Below are positions 49,369 to 53,000 of a stretch of 53,000 nt of DNA, in pieces; within the stretch, counting starts at the first letter, position 1, and each line of letters opens with the position of its first letter. Source of the DNA: a virus (Duplodnaviria > Caudoviricetes); IMG/VR virus record IMGVR_UViG_3300031631_000003, positions 1-53,000 of that record. One strand, given 5' to 3'. Under the pieces are notes generated by a model. That model ran no database searches. It was given only the letters and a program-made list of their open reading frames with translations, and had not been told where the DNA came from. The position numbers and the translations under genes are program-made.

Positions 49369-52051
49369 GCAATATTATTCCCTTGGCTATACGCCTCTGC
49401 CAATTATGCAAGGGCATAAGAAACCCACGGTCACAGGGTGGCCGACAGTTGCCCGTGATATATTATTAACCTGTTTCAATCCAGGTGATGGGGTTGGTAT
49501 ACGTCTAGGACCAATTAAGGCACTCGATGTTGACATATATGACAACGGTTTAACTACCGAGCTGTTAGGGTTTGCTGATTTATTACTTGGTGAGCAGGCG
49601 TATCGCGTGGGTGAGGCACCTAAATTCCTCATCGTTTTTAACTGTCCTGAAATTGAACATAAAATTACATCGAAGAAATTCAAGAATCCTGCCGATGGTA
49701 CAATCAACGCCATCGAAGTATTAGCTTCGTCCGGGCAACAGTTTATTGCAGATCATATTCATCCCGACACAGAGATGCCTTACACATGGCATCGTGGTGA
49801 ATTACCTCACATTGACGATGTAGTTCGTGTTGATCCGTGGATGATTGAAGCGATTATCACATTCTTTGAAAAACGCGCTACAGAACTTGGCTGGATTGAG
49901 ATTAATACTACCAAACCATCTACTGAACAAACCTCAGAACAACGTACATATAATAAATCATATAACATCGTTGATCTACTCACTCAATACGGATGGGTCG
50001 CAACTGGTGAAGATCAGTGGGTACGTCCTGGTAAAAAAATCGGGGTGGGTGGTACTGTAACAGGCAATACGTTCTATTGTTTTTCTTCGAGTACCGTACT
50101 CGAAGAACGATGTATTATCCGTCCTTATGACCTCGTTCTTGCATATGCATTCAACGGCGATGTGGTAGCGATGTCAAATCATGTGAATGATACGGTTATT
50201 AATTCGCTGCGCTCTGCTGGGTTTGGTGTTGGTGTTGAGGTTCCTGTTGGTGCGTCTGTTACATCACCGGTGGATAACCTACTCTCACAACTCTCGTACT
50301 CGCAGATAAACCACCCTGATGTCTGGTTTCCGTTGGTGGTGAGTACGAGGTTATCCCCGGTGGATCTTGATGTAGTTCTCACTAGACTTGGCGAACACCC
50401 GATGGTCGAGGGGAGTAAACGAGTTTTAAAAGCGGAATACGAACAACGATTAACTGAGTATAATAATAATCAGATTGAATCTGAAGCAATTCAGGAAGGT
50501 AAACACGTTGTTCACTGGTCCGTGAGACAGGTAGGTGTGTGCATGACCGCAACGGAAACAGCACTAATGAGTGTTAATGGATCTCTTGAATATTTCTCAT
50601 ATGCTGGTCGGTTATCATATACAATAGAATCTGAGCCGAAAACGAATAAACGCAATGGAACTCCCCCGAAACACCATCTAATCAGGCAGTATTCCAGAAA
50701 TACTCTCACTCAACGATCAGAAGAATCAGCAGATTTCCTGAGTTACAAAGGGCAGGAGGTTGTTAAAATCGGTGTTCCAAAGGACCTCATAGGACACATG
50801 CTTGAGAATCCGTTGTCGCTGGCGCCAGTTGTTCACGGCCTTGTACGTCACCCGGTGCTTACATATGATAATCGATTAATATGTGAAGAGGGTATTGATA
50901 AAGAAACTGGATTGATGCTGAAATTTGGTGGTCATAAATTTGACGATATAGGAACGTGTGACCAGGTCGGTGCCGGTGTACTTGTTAAGAAGGTTAATAG
51001 CCTACTGTTTAGTGAGTATACGTTCCAAAGCAATGGAACTGGTCACGTTGCAGCGGTTGGTGGTTTAATGAGTGTGTTGCAACGCAAGGTTATTGATGAC
51101 TGCCCTGGGTTTATGATTACAGCAAATCAGGGATCAACTGGAAAATCCACGATGGTGGATATGTTTTGTGTCACCGCAACGGGAAGATTAGCGGCACCGT
51201 TATCGTTTTCAAGTTCTCGATCTGAGATGGAGAAAGCAGTACTTGCTTCCCTGATGGAATCACCAAATATGTTGTTCTTTGATAATCTGACAGATGGTAA
51301 AGAGGTTGTGAGTGATATCATATCCGTTCTGATTACTCAGCAGTCTTTTAAAGGTAGAATACTCGGATTATCTGAGATGGTTGAAGTGCCAACGAATATG
51401 GTTGTGTTGTTGACCGGTAACAATATTAGCACATCAACAGACCTCGCGCCACGTATTGTAAAGATTGGTTTGACATCGAGTGAAGAGGACCCGACACATA
51501 AACAGTATGATGACGATATGATAGTAAGGAAGTGCCTGTCTGTCCGCAATGAGGTCATTACAGCACTGCTCACGATTGTTCGTGGTTATATTGATGCAGG
51601 AAGACCAAGGGTTATAACTCATGCGTCCAGGTTCACCGATTGGGACGCAATGGTCAGGTCTCCTTTGATGTGGGCAACAGGTGTTGATATTGAGGATAAC
51701 ATATCAATCAATCGTGAGGACTCTGGTGAGTTCCAGGCAACTGAAAATCTGATGTTTAGTCTACGATGTATATTTGGCAATGACGACTTCACAGCTAAGA
51801 ATATTCAGAATGTATGTGAGACTAAATTATTCACATCACGCGATCCAAGCATGTCAGTTATTGATATTGTAGACGGTATTGAAGAACATCTTGACACTCT
51901 TAATTATGGAAAAGAGATAAAAGGCGCTAAGACTATTGCATGGATATTGAAGAAAATGATTGGTAAAAACATAAAAGGATATAAAATAGTGAAGAAAAAG
52001 CTAAGACTAAATTTAGGATATGCAATTGTTAAGGTGGACTTACACAAGTAG
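49358..52051 (+). CDS. Primase-polymerase fused to a P-loop helicase-like domain
   Basis: N-terminal PrimPol (P.....KKP...GW, GIRLG...LDVD, H..T..PY.W); Walker A GSTGKST; FFDN. Confidence 0.85.
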   Translation: MTPEQYYSLGYTPLPIMQGHKKPTVTGWPTVARDILLTCFNPGDGVGIRLGPIKALDVDIYDNGLTTELLGFADLLLGEQAYRVGEAPKFLIVFNCPEIEHKITSKKFKNPADGTINAIEVLASSGQQFIADHIHPDTEMPYTWHRGELPHIDDVVRVDPWMIEAIITFFEKRATELGWIEINTTKPSTEQTSEQRTYNKSYNIVDLLTQYGWVATGEDQWVRPGKKIGVGGTVTGNTFYCFSSSTVLEERCIIRPYDLVLAYAFNGDVVAMSNHVNDTVINSLRSAGFGVGVEVPVGASVTSPVDNLLSQLSYSQINHPDVWFPLVVSTRLSPVDLDVVLTRLGEHPMVEGSKRVLKAEYEQRLTEYNNNQIESEAIQEGKHVVHWSVRQVGVCMTATETALMSVNGSLEYFSYAGRLSYTIESEPKTNKRNGTPPKHHLIRQYSRNTLTQRSEESADFLSYKGQEVVKIGVPKDLIGHMLENPLSLAPVVHGLVRHPVLTYDNRLICEEGIDKETGLMLKFGGHKFDDIGTCDQVGAGVLVKKVNSLLFSEYTFQSNGTGHVAAVGGLMSVLQRKVIDDCPGFMITANQGSTGKSTMVDMFCVTATGRLAAPLSFSSSRSEMEKAVLASLMESPNMLFFDNLTDGKEVVSDIISVLITQQSFKGRILGLSEMVEVPTNMVVLLTGNNISTSTDLAPRIVKIGLTSSEEDPTHKQYDDDMIVRKCLSVRNEVITALLTIVRGYIDAGRPRVITHASRFTDWDAMVRSPLMWATGVDIEDNISINREDSGEFQATENLMFSLRCIFGNDDFTAKNIQNVCETKLFTSRDPSMSVIDIVDGIEEHLDTLNYGKEIKGAKTIAWILKKMIGKNIKGYKIVKKKLRLNLGYAIVKVDLHK

Positions 52052-52331
52052 GACTTACACAAGTAGGACTTACCTACGTAAATATCTGTAAGTAGGACTT
52101 ACAGAAAAAACACTTAAAAGAGAGCTAGAGGTTACTACACACCTAAACGTCTGAAATCATTAAGGATCGGGTGTTTTTGTAGTAACCTCATAGTACTCCT
52201 ATCCTTAATAGCTTGAGACCCTTATATTTTAAAAAAGACCCTCTCAAGCTATTAGGAATGGAATCGGGGGGAGGTTCCAACACATTGAGTGATTATTTCG
52301 CAAGATCACCGACTTATTGTGTAGTAACCTC
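52036..52331. repeat. Cluster of direct and inverted repeats, candidate replication origin
   Basis: GGACTTAC four times; palindrome 52085-52105; three long inverted-repeat pairs. Confidence 0.6.
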
Positions 52332-52362
52332 CAAAAGCTAATAATAACAAGGAGTTAGAAAA

Positions 52363-52536
52363 ATGAGTAAAATTGAAGAAGCTGTGGTGGTAGTTGGTTA
52401 TGATGTCAATTCTTTTAATTTTGAGATCGACAAATTTATTAGTATGGGGTATCAGCCACAAGGTGGTGTGACTGTGGCAACAGCATCTGATGAGGATGTT
52501 ATTTATTCAGTACTCATGGTTAGAACTAAACAATAA
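52363..52536 (+). CDS. DUF1737-like small protein (57 aa, not in ORF track)
   Basis: AGGAG RBS; '..GYQPQGGV.......Y...MV' motif. Confidence 0.65.
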   Translation: MSKIEEAVVVVGYDVNSFNFEIDKFISMGYQPQGGVTVATASDEDVIYSVLMVRTKQ

Positions 52537-52585
52537 TAACATTATGCGACATTGAGTTAGTCGAAACTAATAGGAGATATATATC

Positions 52586-53000
52586 GTGAAGAGTGGGGAG
52601 AAAGAGATACAGAAGCAGAATATTCAACAGTTGTTAAATGCAGAGTATACTACGAAGCAAATAGCGGCTAGTTTGGGTATATCTGAAGGTACAGTGATTA
52701 ATCGTAAGAAAGAGATTGCCCAATCAGCAACAAATGGTGTTATACTCCATGGTGCCGCCCAGATGGCCGTTAATAAGGCGTACATCGATCCAATTGCAGA
52801 ATTGTATACCATCCATCAGGATACAAAAATGGTGTACCAGGAGGCTCTGAGGCGCTTCAGTGATATGTTGAAGAGTGATGAATTTGATCCCACTGCTGTG
52901 TTGACTATCACAAAAGAGTTACGAGCTGACCTGGAGCTGCAGGTAAAAATCACTGAGAAAATATTTAACGCGGATCGTATGAGAGTTTTCCGGGAATGTA
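52586..53000 (+). CDS. Probable terminase small subunit (3' partial)
   Basis: AGGAG RBS with GTG start; HTH (YTTKQIAASLGISEGTV); open to the window end; would precede terL on a circular map. Confidence 0.55.
   Translation, partial: MKSGEKEIQKQNIQQLLNAEYTTKQIAASLGISEGTVINRKKEIAQSATNGVILHGAAQMAVNKAYIDPIAELYTIHQDTKMVYQEALRRFSDMLKSDEFDPTAVLTITKELRADLELQVKITEKIFNADRMRVFREC

Noticed and set aside
1-53000. Complete diversity-generating retroelement
   Set aside because: No reverse transcriptase ORF or separate template repeat found; only a suggestive codon pattern, reported as inference.
1-53000. Stop-codon reassignment
   Set aside because: Long genes are intact under the standard code, and TAG, TGA and TAA all end genes at sensible boundaries.
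1-53000. Integrase, att site or tRNA genes
   Set aside because: None recognised; a temperate lifestyle cannot be fully excluded because part of the genome lies outside the window.

Overview
Near-complete genome of a tailed dsDNA phage with a podovirus-like layout. The window starts inside terL and ends inside a probable terS, so probably only a short stretch is missing. Left arm (+): portal, scaffold, N4-gp56-type major capsid protein, adaptor, nozzle, tail fibres, ejection proteins, a 2579-aa polyvalent protein, a mosaic receptor-binding region and lysis genes. Right arm: two divergent early/replication operons with ThyX-like, dNMP kinase, DNA methylase, family-B polymerase, clamp-like, SSB, exonuclease, helicase, VRR-NUC and primase-helicase genes. 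No integrase, tRNA, CRISPR array or reverse transcriptase was seen. Main observations: (1) an ORF-less group I intron (4895-5167) interrupts the capsid gene, which the ORF track mistranslates; (2) a tail-region LRR array has an invariant nucleotide framework with diversified concave-face codons; (3) HNH and LRR insertions appear to have split one tail gene into three; (4) an 83-bp inverted repeat between two HNH genes could invert a ~6-kb early segment; (5) two attenuator-like leader RNAs share one architecture; (6) an unannotated secreted six-cysteine mini-protein. Family assignments come from motif recognition, not database searches.
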